Source: Eledone cirrhosa
Taxonomy: Eukaryota
Assembly: GCA_964016885.1 (NCBI GenBank)
Contig: OZ024764.1
Coordinates: 10,912,001-10,976,000 of the forward strand
DNA length: 64,000 nucleotides
Reading direction: 5' to 3'
The number at the start of each line of letters is the position of its first letter. Within the stretch, counting starts at the first letter, position 1. Made by a program: the position numbers and the translations under genes. The notes under the pieces were generated by a model. The model made no database searches. It was not told where the DNA came from and saw only the letters and a list, made by a program, of their open reading frames with translations. Of the stretch, positions 17,630 to 32,973 are shown in pieces.

Positions 17630-17642
17630 TCTCTATTCTATT

Positions 17643-17845
17643 CTAGGGCGGGTAAAATTCCCGAGATCCATGGATGAGTTCTCTCCAGCAGTCTCTGTCC
17701 CTCATTATCGCTGCCATGTCTTGCGTCTCCAACAGACCAGTGTCTTTCCTTAGGGCATCAACATACGTTAACCTTGGTCTTCCTCTTCCAGTGTGTCCAT
17801 GTAAGGGCTCCCACAGGAGCACTGAGTGCAATGTCAACTCTCTTT
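17643..17845 (-). mobile_element. RTE LINE 3' end
   Basis: [34 protein letters not shown]-terminal motif; several copies in window. Confidence 0.85.
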
Positions 17846-17979
17846 GGGTATATTTGCTGGCAACACAACTTTTCTCATATTACAACAGTTATAATTTTCA
17901 TTTCTAAAGTTCAAAGCTCCACAATGATCACACAAAACATTCATATCACCAATATGAAATTCTTTTACATCTCCATTAA

Positions 17980-19690
17980 CCCTTTAGCATTTACATTACT
18001 CTATATATACTATTGTATTTTCACAGTAAAGGCTTTACCTCACATAATATCTCACATATTTACATTACTCTATATATACTATTGTATTTTCACAGTAGAG
18101 GCTTTACCTCACATAATATCTCACATATTTACATTACTCTATATATACTATTGTATTTTCACAGTAAAGGCTTTACCTCACATAATATCTCACATATTTA
18201 CATTACTCTATATATACTATTGTATTTTCACAGTACAGGCTTTACCTCACATAATTATATTACTCTATATATGCTATTGTATTTTCACAGTAAAGGCTTT
18301 ACCTCACATAATATCTCACATAACATTTACATTACTCTATATATACTATTGTATTTTCACAGTAAAGGCTTTACCTCGTAATATCTCGCATAACATTTAC
18401 ATTACTCTATATATACTATTGTATTTTCACAGTAAAGGCTTTACCTCACATAATATCTCACATAACATTTACATTACTCTATATATACTATTGTATTTTC
18501 ACAGTAAAGGCTTTACCTCGTAATATCTCGCATAACATTTACATTACTCTATATATACTATTGTATTTTCCCAGTAAAGGCTTTACCTCCAATAACATTT
18601 ACATTACTCTATATATACTATTGTATTTTCACAGTAAAGGCTTTACTTCATAATATCTCGCATAACATTTACATTACTCTATATATACTATTGTATTTTC
18701 ACAGTAAAGGCTTTACCTCCAATAACATTTACATTACTCTATATATACTATTGTATTTTCCCAGTAAAGGCTTTACCTCCAATAACATTTACATTACTCT
18801 ATATATACTATTGTATTTTCACAGTAAAGGCTTTACTTCATAATATCTCGCATAACATTTACATTACTCTATATATACTATTGTATTTTCACAGTAAAGG
18901 CTTTACCTCACATAATATCTCACATAACATTTACATTACTCTATATATACTATTGTATTTTCACAGTAAAGGCTTTACCTCACATAATATCTCACATAAC
19001 ATTTACATTACTCTATATATACTATTGTATTTTCACAGTAAAGGCTTTACCTCACATAATATCTCACATAACATTTACATTACTCTATATATACTATTGT
19101 ATTTTCACAGTAAAGGCTTTACCTCACATAATATCTCACATAACATTTACATTACTCTATATATACTATTGTATTTTCACAGTAAAGGCTTTACCTCACA
19201 TAATATCTCACATAACATTTACATTACTCTATATATACTATTGTATATTCATGGTAAAGGCTTTACCTCACATAATATCTTACATAACATTTACATTACT
19301 CTATATATACTATTGTATTTTCACAGTAAAAGGCTTTACCTCACATAATATCTCACATAACATTTACATTACTCTATATATACTATTGTATTTTCACAGT
19401 AAAGGCTTTACCTCACATAATATCTCACATAACATTTACATTACTCTATATATACTATTGTATTTTCACAGTAAAGGCTTTACCTCACATAATACCTCAC
19501 ATAACATTTACAGTACTCTATATATACTATTGTATTTTCACAGTAAAGGCTTTACCTCACATAATATTTTGATATTATATATTTTGAGAACAATACCTTA
19601 ACATAAGTATGAGCAGCCAGTTACAGCCGGTTTAAACAGAAAGAAGTGAGAGAATTCTGGCCAGATATGGCTGGTTTAAAGGCTAAAGGG
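17980..19690 (+). mobile_element. piggyBac-type MITE with internal 72-bp unit expanded to ~22 copies, inserted in a Helitron relic
   Basis: TTAA at 17976-17979 and 19691-19694; termini CCCTTTAGCATTTA / TAAAGGCTAAAGGG; 72/69/60-bp unit variants. Confidence 0.88.
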
Positions 19691-19694
19691 TTAA

Positions 19695-20030
19695 TATTAA
19701 TTGCTGAGCAATTTCTCCTATGTCACACACTATGCAGTTCTTCAGCAGTCATGTTTTATATTCTAAGTCTACGTCGATCTCCCTACTGCTCAAGATAATA
19801 TGCGCGTTCATTCTTATGCATGCGATCTCTCCTTTCTTGTTATTTAAGCCGATCACACTGGAAATGTAATTCATGTTCTTCTGGGACCATCTTATCTCAT
19901 CTTTCTTGTTGTCGGAGTCTTTGTTTCTTCAGATATTTTTGGTATTTATCTTGAAGCATATTTTCTCTTCTTAGTCTAGCTTGTTCTAAAATAATATGCC
20001 TCTGTTCTTCATTCATTTTCTCATGAGGAG
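19695..20030 (-). pseudogene. Probable N-terminal charged region of the Helitron RepHel relic
   Basis: EEQRHIILEQARLRR..RLRQQER repeats lie directly upstream, across the MITE, of the IGDMNVLCDHCGALNF..CC motif at 17845-17975. Confidence 0.5.
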
Positions 20031-20856
20031 AAAAAGAAAGAAGTATCAAGCCGGGGGAGGGACAGAAGACACTCCACCCAAGTCTAAGTGGTGCCTCAGC
20101 TGCACCCCGGGGAAAAAACGACAAAAGCATTACAACGGAGAATGTCCAGAGACACCTGCTGTGACAGCAACCCCCTCTTCACAGGACTCCCGCCATCTTT
20201 CCTCCTGACTATGGAGGTAATCAGCAGTGTGGAGACCAAGTATGCCAGAGGTCTCGACGGAGTAGAAGAGGTGAGTCAGGCCTCAGTATTTAACTATCTT
20301 ACACTCCCCTACATTGTGTGCAGCAGAGCCCAGGTTTGGGGCCACAGCTATATTTGAACTTTTATATGAAATTTCAGTTTTGTATTTTTCACATCTTAAA
20401 ACTTAATCTTAGTCTTTTGCAGCTCATCTAGTTTCATCTCGCGGTGCACAGTTGGGGTACCACTGCTCCAGAGACAGAAAAAGTATGTTTTGTGCAGGGC
20501 TTCCCTGAGACATGAAAACTATTTCAGGGGTTCCACACGGGTAAAAAGGTTGAGAAACGCTGCTGTATGTTCTCCGTTCACCTTTAGACAATCACATGAT
20601 TATAGAACTCACTACGTTTGGTGTTATATAAATATAATTTGTTTGTTAAAAACAAATAATTAAATAAAATTAACTCTAAAATCCCAGGTAGGAATTGAAC
20701 TTAAAACTTCACAATGGAAACTATAAACTCCAGCTCTCTTGCCAACTTAGACACCAAGACACTTAGAACTTGTGCCAAATATAAAGTATTTAAACTCCAA
20801 ATCTGAATAATTAGATACTTACATAGACACACACACACACATACCTATATATATAT

Positions 20857-21945
<1,089 letters not shown>

Positions 21946-22323
21946 AAAGTTAATTAAGCATAATCGAAGCTCTGGCTGCAGCTAGGCTAACGAATGCAAT
22001 CGGGATGTGTAGCTAAGCACTCAATAAGGTATTTTACCTTAGAGTAATAACATTACGTTTAGACAGCTTGACAAATTGAAGACATTGACCGATAAGTGAG
22101 TCACAGTGACCAAAGCAACGAAAAAAACTGACTCAGGAAAATAGATATATATATATATTGTTATACTTTGGGAGGGTCATGTTGCCAATAAGAAACACAC
22201 GCACCAGTTACTTTCACTTTAATTTATTATAATAAATTTAGGAATTTAGGAATTTATAAATTTCCGGTTGGCTGGTTGGTTCCACAACCTGATGGTTGTT
22301 TATATATTGTCAAAGTTCTTTTG

Positions 22324-22368
<45 letters not shown>

Positions 22369-22379
22369 TATGTATCTAT

Positions 22380-22538
22380 CTAAGGCGGGTAAAATTCCCG
22401 AGATCCATGGACGAGTTCTCTCCAGCGGTCTCTGTCCCTCATTATCGCTGCCATGTCCTGCATCTCCAACAGACCAGTGTCTGTCCTTAGGGCATCAACA
22501 TATGTTAACCTTGGTCTTCCTCTTCTAGTGTGTCCATG
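22380..22538 (-). mobile_element. RTE LINE 3' end
   Basis: Same family as 21578-21880. Confidence 0.85.
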
Positions 22539-22701
22539 TATGTATATATATATATATATATATACGTAGGTCCCGGGTTGAGTCGGGGATAGTTTCATCT
22601 GAATGAAACAGTACTAGTCCTGTAGAAGCTCCTTCTGTAAAATAAAAAAATATATATATATAAAATAATATAAAATAATAAAAAAATATATATATATTAA
22701 A

Positions 22702-22787
<86 letters not shown>

Positions 22788-23067
22788 CAAGTTTGTTTTG
22801 AAACAGCGATCGAAGTTTGAAACAACTTATATCTATATAACGCCAAACATAGTGAGTTCGAATCTGACTCACTAGTTGGTCATTGCCCCACCCAACAGTT
22901 TCAATCGACCACTTATGGGAGATATCGACCAGGTTGGGAAACCCTGGTTTAGTAGCCACAGTTGTTACTACGTTTGACATATTCAGGACTTATTAAATAA
23001 TTATTTTTTCCAGCCTGTGGCGTTCGAGACGTTTGGTGTAGTTGGGTCGCTGACAGCGAAGTTCTTG

Positions 23068-23360
23068 TCATCACCTCACCTTACTGGGGTGTCAGGTGAT
23101 GCCCGTGAGGGTGCCTGGTTATTTCAGCGCCTTAGCCTCACCATCACCTCACCTTACTGAGGTGTCAGGTGATGCCCTTGGGGGTGCCTGGTTATTTCAG
23201 CGCCTTAGCCTCACCATCACCTCACCTTACTGGGGTGTCAGGAGATGCTCGTGAGGGTGTTTGGTTATTTCAGCGCCTTAGCCTCACCATCACCTCACTT
23301 TACTGGGGTGTCAGAAGATGCCCGTGGGGCTGTCTGGTTATTTCAGCGCCTTAGCCTCGC
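23068..23360 (+). repeat. 73-bp GC-rich minisatellite, ~4 copies (inverted counterpart ~28945-29300, ~5 copies)
   Basis: tcacctcacc recurs at 23071, 23144 and 23217. Confidence 0.9.
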
Positions 23361-23715
23361 CCTACCCTTGGTAATGCTCCGAGATTGTTAGCTTGCATCA
23401 AAGTGTGTAGTTAACCCCTAAGATATGATGTGCGGCCGACTGTGGCACTTGGGGGGTGAATTGCTCTCACACTCCTCTTTTTTCTTTCCTTTATCATTAT
23501 TGTTCAATAAATTATATTATTATATTTTTATACACGGCTGGGACAATATAGTTGTAATGTTCTTCTGAACGAATTGCGAGCAATTTATGTTATTTATATG
23601 TATATATTTAAAACATATTTGTAATGTTATTCAATCGAAATAAAAATGTTAGGGTGTACTAAAGCCACAAATATTTTTCTATCAACATCTCGCCGAAAGA
23701 AAAATACACCCTCCC

Positions 23716-23750
<35 letters not shown>

Positions 23751-23754
<4 letters not shown>

Positions 23755-24322
23755 CTGTTCTTTCGTTCTGTAAGCATTGTATTATATTTCTTTTTTATAC
23801 GACTGTAAATAAACAATATATGTTTATGTATGTATATTATGTATATGTACGTATAAAGGAATTCTGTAATAAAATTAAGATGTACAAATTAAACTGTCTC
23901 TATTATTTATTATTATAATACTTCGATTGATACTTTACTGAGAAAATACTGAGGATTATTTAACCAACCAACTTTCAACCGAATAATATGTAAATATAAA
24001 TATATATAATATATATGTATATATATATACACACACATCTATATACACATATATATACATATAAACACACGTATATACATATATATGCCGCTTTGACTGC
24101 TATTTCTAGCGCTAGAACAGAAACCGGAAGTGAACAAGTTGAAAAAACTTGGCCAAATTTCAGCCTCAAGTTTTTAAACAAAAGGATTTTTAATGTAAAC
24201 AAATCGAGAATTTTTCGCAAGAAAGATAACTCTTGTCTTACTTAAAGCCAAAAATCGAGGCAAAAATTTTGCGTGTGTGCAGTTTATATAGACCTTCTTA
24301 TTTGGTGACTGCTATTTCTAGC

Positions 24323-24355
<33 letters not shown>

Positions 24356-24362
24356 TATATTT

Positions 24363-24411
<49 letters not shown>

Positions 24412-25019
24412 CTGTTCTTTCGTTCTGTAAACATTGTATTATATTTCTTTTTTATGCGACTGTAAATAAACAATATATGTTTATGTATGTATATTATGTA
24501 TATGTACGTATAAAGGAATTCTGTAATAAAATTAAGATGTACAAATTAAACTGTCTCTCTTATTTATTATTATAATACTTCGATTGATACCTTACTGAGA
24601 AAATACTGAAGATTATTTAACCAACCAACTTTCAACCGAATAATATGTATATATAAATATAAATATATATAATATATATATGTATATATATATATACACA
24701 CACATCTATATACACATATATATAAATATATATACATATAAACACACGTATATACATATATATGCCGCTTTGACTGCTATTTCTAGCGCTAGAACAGAAA
24801 CCGGAAGTGAACAAGTTGAAAAAACTTGGCCAAATTTCAGCCTCAAGTTTTTAAACAAAAGGATTTTTAATGTAAACAAATCGAGAATTTTTCGCAAGAA
24901 AGATAACTCTTGTCTTACTTAAAGCCAAAAATCGAGGCAAAAATTTTGCGTGTGTGCAGTTTATATAGACCTTCTTATTTGGTGACTGCTATTTCTAGCA
25001 TATATATATATATATATTT

Positions 25020-25057
<38 letters not shown>

Positions 25058-25607
25058 CTGTTCTTTCGTTCTGTAAACATTGTATTATATTTCTTTTTTA
25101 TACGACTGTAAATAAACAATATATGTTTATGTATGTATATTATGTATATGTACGTATAAAGGAATTCTGTAATAAAATGAAGATATACAAATTAAACTGT
25201 CTCTCTTATTTATTATTATAATACTTCGATTGATACCTTACTGAGAAAATACTGAAGATTATTTAACCAACCGAATAATATGTATATATAAATATAAATA
25301 TATATAATATATATGTATATATATATACACACACATCTATATACACATATATATAAATATATATACATATAAACACACGTATATACATATATATGCCGCT
25401 TTGACTGCTATTTCTAGCGCTAGAACAGAAACCGGAAGTGAACAAGTTGAAAAAACTTGGCCAAATTTCAGCCTAAAGTTTTTAAACAAATCGAGAATTT
25501 TTCGCAAGAAAGATAACTCTTGTCTTACTTAAAGCCAAAAATCGACGCAAAAATTTTGCGTGTGTGCAGTTTATATAGACCTTCTTATTTGGTGACTGCT
25601 ATTTCTA

Positions 25608-25610
<3 letters not shown>
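23751..25610 (+). repeat. Three tandem copies of a ~0.6-0.65 kb unit that itself contains (TA)n tracts
   Basis: ttgtctgttctttcgttctgtaa.. starts near 23751, 24408 and 25054; repeated pseudo-ORFs in the track. Confidence 0.9.
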
Positions 25611-25658
<48 letters not shown>

Positions 25659-25674
25659 CACACACACATATATG

Positions 25675-25762
25675 TATAGACACGTACGCGCACATACACA
25701 CATACTTACATACATATATATATGTATGTAAGTATGTGTGTATGTGCGCGTACGTGTCTATA
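25675..25762. repeat. Perfect 88-bp palindrome with no spacer
   Basis: tatagacacgtacgcgcacatacacacatacttacatacatata | tatatgtatgtaagtatgtgtgtatgtgcgcgtacgtgtctata. Confidence 0.9.
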
Positions 25763-26248
25763 TATATATATATAAATGTGTGTGTGTGTGTGTATGTATA
25801 TATATATAGAGAGAGAGAGAGAAAGAGAGAGACACACGTACGCGCACATACACACATACATATATATATGTGTGTGCGTGTATATATATATATATGTGTG
25901 TGTGTGTCCTTCTTTCTGTTGTTTACTAAACTCTTGTTCGCTGATCTTTGGCTGCTATTTCTAATGTGTCCATATATGCTAGAAATAGCAGTCACCAAAT
26001 AAGAAGGTCTATATAAACTGCACACACGCAAAATATTTGCCTCGATTTTTGGCTTTAAGTAAGACAAGAGTTATCTTTCTTGCGAAAAATTCTCGATTTG
26101 TTTACATTAAAAATCCTTTTGTTTAAAAACTTGAGGCTGAAATTTGGCCCAAGTTTTTTCAACTTGTCCACTTCCGGTTTCTGTTCTAACGCTAGAAATA
26201 GCAGTCAAAGCGGCATATATATATATTTATATATATATTTATACACAC

Positions 26249-26624
<376 letters not shown>

Positions 26625-26781
26625 TATATATATATATATAAACACACACACATACATATATACACATATATATGACTGTGTGCCTACGTGTGTGTGTATA
26701 TATCTATATAGCAGCTATATAGATATATATGCACACACATACACACACACCTACACTAATGTGTGTGTGAGTGTATATATG

Positions 26782-26872
<91 letters not shown>

Positions 26873-26898
26873 ACACGCACACACTCATATATACATGC

Positions 26899-26940
<42 letters not shown>

Positions 26941-26966
26941 ACACGCACACACTCATATATACATGC

Positions 26967-27004
<38 letters not shown>

Positions 27005-27831
27005 ATAATAATAAATTTGAAGACTAAAATCCAAAGAGGGCTCGATTTATTTAGTTTCAGAAGATCCCGTTAAGGGTGATAGCAGCGTTTCTTTGCTTAT
27101 ACTTTAATCTGTTATTTTAATAAATATATATATATATATACATATATATGTGTTTGCGTGTCCGTCTTTCTGTTGTTTTCGAAACTTTTGTTCGCTGATC
27201 TTTGGCTGCTATTTCTAACGTGTCCATATGTGCTAGAAATAGCAGTCAAATACCACTAAACATGACCAAATAAGAAGGTCTATATAAACTGCACACACGC
27301 AAAATTTTTGCCTCGATTTTTTTGCTTTAAATAAGACGAGAGTTATCTTTCTTGCGAAAAATTCTCGGTTTGTTTACATTAAAAATCCTTTTATTTAAAA
27401 ACTTGAGGGTGAAATTTGGCCAAGTTTTTTCAACTTGTCCACCTCCGGTTTCAGTTCTAACGCTATAAATAGCAGTCACTACAAATAGCCACCTGTGTAT
27501 CATGTGATAGTGTTTCACCTCCGCCTTTTTGAGCTGCTTTCTTATACTACGGACGTGTTTAGTTAACGCTCTGTCATAGAGGTGCTGGAATTTCCCTTAA
27601 GCTGGACTACTTCACAACAATGTTACATCTCTATAATATAAGATTTTTGCATAGTAACTAGCGGAACTATACAGGCGGGAGATTGAAGAAAAAATGGGTA
27701 TATATATCTGTGTATATTATTTCTTCTTACTTTATAATGTTTATATATATATAGACACGTTCGCACACACGCACACATAGATATACATACACACATATAT
27801 ATGAGTGTGCGTATTTACGGTCGTACGTCTG

Positions 27832-27862
<31 letters not shown>

Positions 27863-27898
27863 ACACGTACGCATACACGCACACACTTACATACATAA

Positions 27899-27947
<49 letters not shown>

Positions 27948-29587
27948 AATGAAAAGTATACATATATATATGTCTGTGTGTGTGTGTCCCCTTCATTCTG
28001 TTGTTTACTAAACTCTTGTTCGCTGATCTTTGGCTGCTATTTCTAATGTGTCCATATATGCTAAAAAATAGCAGTTAAATACCAGTAAACAACACCAAAT
28101 AAGAAGGTCTATATAAACTGCACATACGCGCTAGAAATAGCAGTCAAAGCGGCATATATATGTGTGTGTGTGTGTATATATATATACATATATATATTAT
28201 ATATATTTATATATACATATTATTCGGTTGAAAGTTGATTGGTTAAATAATCTCCCGACTTTATCGTAAACAGACGTAAAGCACTTTAATAAAATGTATT
28301 CCTTAGTATTTTCTCAGTACGGTATCAATCGAAGTATTAGTATAATAAATAAGAGAGACAGTTTAATTTGTACATCTTCATTTTATTACAGAATTCCTTT
28401 ATACGTACATATACATAATATACATACATAAACATATGTTGTTTATTTACAGTTGTATAAAAAAGAAATATACGAAAACTACAGAACGAAAGAACAGACA
28501 AATATAATATAAAGATATATATAACAGAAATAACAACACAATCGGTACAGTATATGGAAAGAATATATTAGGTTAACGCTTCAAATAGCTGGAGGGGAGA
28601 GTGTATATATTTCTTTAGGCGAGACGTCGATAGAAAAACATTTGTCTTTAGTACACCCTAACATCTTTATTTCGATTGAATAACATTACAAATATGTTTT
28701 AAATATATACATAAATAACATAAATTGCTTGCAATTCGTTCAGAAGAACATTACAAATATATTGTCCCAGCCGTGTATAAAAATATAAGAATATAATTTA
28801 TTGAACAATAATCATAAAGGAAAGAAAAAAGAGTGCGGATGGGGGGAATTTACCTCCAAGTGTGACAATCGGCCGCACCTCACATCTTAGGGGTTAAATA
28901 CACACTTTGAGGCAAGCCAACACTCTCGGACCATTACCACGGGTAATGGTGAGGCTAAGGCGCTGAAATAACCAGGCACCCCCCACGGACATCTCCTGAC
29001 ACCTCAGTTAGGTGAGGTGATGGTGAGGCTAAGGCGCTGAAATAACCAAACACCCTCACGAGCATCACCTGACACCTCAGTAAGGTGAGGTGATGGTGAG
29101 GCTAAGGCGCTGAAATAACCAGACAGCCCCACGGACATCTCCTCACACACCAGTAAGGTGAGGTAATGGTGAGGCTAAGGCGCTGAAATAACTAGGCACC
29201 CCCACGGACATCACCTGACACCTCAGTAAGGTGAGGTGATGGTGAGGCTAAGGCGCTGAAATAACCAAACACCCTCAAGGGCATCTCCTGACACCCCAGC
29301 CGCCAGTGATAAGAACTTAGCTGTCAGCAGCCCAACTCCACCAAACGTCTCGAACGCCGCAGGCTGGAAAAAATAATTATTTAATAAGTCCTGAATATGT
29401 CAAACGTAGTAATAACTGTGGCTGAGAAACCAGGGTTTCCCAACCTGGTCGATATCTCCCATAGGTGGGCGATTGAAACTGTTAGGTGAGGCAATGACCA
29501 ACTAGTGAGTCAGATTCGAACTCACCATGTTTGGCATTATATAGATAAGTTATTTCAAACTTCGATCACTGTTTCAGAACAAACTTG

Positions 29588-29640
<53 letters not shown>

Positions 29641-29746
29641 ATAATAATAAAATTGAAGACTAAAATCCAGAGAGGGCTCGATAAGGAAAATATATACCAA
29701 ATACATAAGAACCGAAGAGCAAATATTTATTAAAATAACAGATTAA

Positions 29747-29797
29747 AGTTTAAGCAAAGAATCGCTGCTTTCACCCTCAACGGGATCTTCTGAAACT
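29747..29797 (-). ncRNA. Type I hammerhead-like motif, U4A core variant (family C)
   Basis: Minus: agttt-CAGAAGA-t ccc gttga ggg t-GAAA-gca..tgc-TT/aaact; second copy 27053-27103 (+) has GAAA>GATA. Confidence 0.65.
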
Positions 29798-29810
29798 AAC
29801 AAAGACAATC

Positions 29811-29938
<128 letters not shown>

Positions 29939-30696
29939 GTTTGGAGTTTAAATACTTTATATTTGGCACAAGTTCTAAGTGTCTTGGTGTCTCAGTTGGC
30001 AAGAGAGCTGGAGTTTATAGTTTCCATTGTGAAGTTTTAAGTTCAATTCCTACCTGGGATTTTAGAGTTAATTTTATTTAATTATTTGTTTTTAACAAAC
30101 AAATTATATTTATATAACACCAAACGTAGTGAGTTCTATAATCATGTGATTGTCTAAAGGTGAACGGAGAACATACAGCAGCGTTTCTCAACCTTTTTAC
30201 CTGTGTGGAACCCCTGAAATAGTTTTCATGTCTCACGGAAGCCCTGCACAAAACATACTTTTTCTGTCTCTGGAGCAGTGGTACCCCAACTGTGTACCGC
30301 GAGATGAAACTAGATGAGCTGCAAAAGATTAAGTTTTAAGATGTGAAAAATACAAAACTGAAATTTCATATAAAAGTTCAAATATAGCTGTGGCCCCAAA
30401 CCTGGGCTCTGCTGCACACAATGTAGGGGAGGGTAAGATAGTTAAATACTGAGGCCTGACTCACCTCTTCCACTCCGTCGAGACCTCTGGCATCCTTGGT
30501 CCCCACACTGCTGATTACCTCCATAGAGTCAGGAGGAAAGATGGCGGGAGTCCTGTGAAGAGGGGGTTGCTGTCACAGCAGGTGTCTCTGCTTTTGTCGT
30601 TTTTTCCCCGGGGTGCAGCTGAGGCACCACTTAGACTTGGGTGGAGTGTCTTCTGTCTTTCCCCCGGATTCATACTTCTTTCTTTTTCTCCTCATG

Positions 30697-31689
30697 AGAT
30701 ATTATGTGAGGTAAAGCCTTTACTGTGAAAATTCAATAGTATATATAGAGTAATGTAAATGTTATGTGAGGTAAAGCCTTTACTGTGAAAATACAATAGT
30801 ATATATAGAGTAATGTAAATGTTATGTGAGATATTATGTGAGGTAAAGCCTTTACTGTGAAAATACAATAGTATATATAGAGTAATGTAAATGTTGTGAG
30901 ATATTATGTGAGGTAAAGCCTTTACTGTGAAAATACAATAGTATATATAGAGTAATGTAAATGTTATGTGAGATATTATGTGAGGTAAAGCCTTTACTGT
31001 GAAAATACAATAGTATATATAGAGTAATGTAAATGTTATGTGAAATATTATGGGAGGTAAAGCCTTTACTGTGACAATACAATAGTATATATAGAGTAAT
31101 GTAAATGTTATATGAGATATTATGTGAGGTAAAGCCTTTACTGTGAAAATACAATAGTATATATAGAGTAATGTAAATGTTGTGAGATATTATGTGAGGT
31201 AAAGCCTTTACTGTGAAAATACAATAGTATATATAGAGTAATGTAAATGTTATGTGAGATATTATGTGAGGTAAAGCCTTTACTGTGAAAATACAATAGT
31301 ATATATAGAGTAATGTAAATGTTATGTGAAATATTATGGGAGGTAAAGCCTTTACTGTGACAATACAATAGTATATATAGAGTAATGTAAATGTTATGTG
31401 AGATATTATGTGAGGTAAAGCCTTTACTGTGAAAATACAATAGTAAATATAGAGTAATGTAAATGTTATGTGAGATATTATGTGAGGTAAAGCCTTTACT
31501 GTGAAAATACAATAGTATATATAGAGTAATGTAAATGTTATGTGAGATATTATGTGAGGTAAAGCCTTTACTGTGACAATACAATAGTATATATAGAGTA
31601 ATGTAAATGTTATGTGAGATATTATGTGAGGTAAAGACTTTACTGTGAAAATACAATAGTATATATAGAGTAATGTAAATGCTAAAGGG
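30697..31689 (-). mobile_element. Inverted copy of the MITE/72-bp minisatellite (~14 units), one terminus deleted
   Basis: Ends gctaaaggg-TTAA at 31689-31693; left end joins flank at tgaga microhomology. Confidence 0.88.
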
Positions 31690-31693
31690 TTAA

Positions 31694-32960
31694 TGGAAAT
31701 GTAGAAGAATTTCATATTGGTGATATGAATGTTTTGTTCGATCATTGTGGAGCTTTGAACTTTAGAAAGGAAAATTATAACTGTTGTAAAAAGAGAAAAG
31801 TTGTGTTGCCAGCAAATATACCCTGAGAGACTGAGAAATCTCTTTGAAGGAGGCCAGGAAGCAGTTGCAGAAACATCCACCATTAAAACTGTGCATTTAT
31901 TTTGCTTCATTTGGTGTTAAAACTTGTCTAACCACCTGGCAGAGGCTTGCATTGCTTACGTATTTAGGGTCAAATATATGACTCTACCCCACCTCTGTTC
32001 CCTGCAGAAAATACACCACAATATGGCCAGTTATATATTATTGACATGACTGAAGCTGTGTAGCACAGATTGGAAGTACCACCAAATAATGACTGCCCAC
32101 CACCAACAATAACTATAAGTGAGGTGTTGTATGAATGTAATCCATATGTCGAAGTGTACAATACTATGCATGGCATAGAACAAGAAGAAGAGTAAAGAGA
32201 AAATCCTCCTATACAGAACTGTGAATTCAGATTTAGAAGAGGAACAGATATGAGCTGTTATAATTTACCAACTAGCAATGAAATAGCTGTTGTTTTTTGG
32301 GGATTGATGGCACACCACCTGTACACAGAGATATTATCATCTACCCTAAAGACCATCCTTATCAGAAAATATATCAGTGGAGGGAGAAATATTTCCAACC
32401 TTCAAAGAGGCCTGCTTGCGACTTCATCTTATTGAAAATGATGACTATTTAAGCCAAGCGCTGCAAGAAGCTGCTACCCACCATATGCCAACATAAATTT
32501 GTATGATGTTTGCTGCTCAAGGCATTTATTCTGTGCCAGCCAAATGCACTGCAATTATGGAACTCTCATAAGGAGTTGATGATTGAGGACTATTTACATC
32601 GAGGAATGGATGGTCAGCAAGCTGAAAATATAGCACTTGGTTACATTAATGTAATATTGATTGAAAATGCAACCAACTGCGCAAGACTGGGCCTACCTCA
32701 GCCTTTTGAGATGCTTCAACCTGATCCTCAAGTTGACATCAACGACCCTGATATTGATTCTCTTAGTGAAGAGCAACAAATAATAGTTTCTATGCAGATG
32801 CAGCTGGAGGGTGGGGCAAAACCTGTTCAATACACAGATGTTTCTCCTCCAGATGAATAACTATCAGGTATGTTGCGATGCTTGGACCAGCATAACATCA
32901 GAAGTGCTGCTGGGAGGAGGATCTGGGCACAATTTATTCAAACTACCTGTTCCACTAACA
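31694..32960 (+). mobile_element. Decayed, internally deleted Helitron (RepHel pseudogene)
   Basis: HCGALNF..NCC..KVVLP; FASFG; GQIY..PQYGQLYI; NPYV; YNLPTSNEIAVVF; PTFKEAC..LIENDD; LLGGGSGHNLFKLPV (PIF1-like) motifs with stops and frameshifts. Confidence 0.8.
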
Positions 32961-32973
32961 GACCCCTGGCACT

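Noticed and set aside
17774-19601. 24-aa repeat ORFs (FTLLYIYYCIFTVKALPHIISHIT), also 30852-31910
   Set aside because: Read-through of a 72-bp MITE-internal satellite; frames break at unit variants
29438-29490. Hammerhead-like fold (ctggtcga-t atc.ccca..tggg.gat t-gaaactgtt), mirrored at ~22890-22938
   Set aside because: Core deviates from CUGANGA and helix I register is ambiguous; at best a decayed copy
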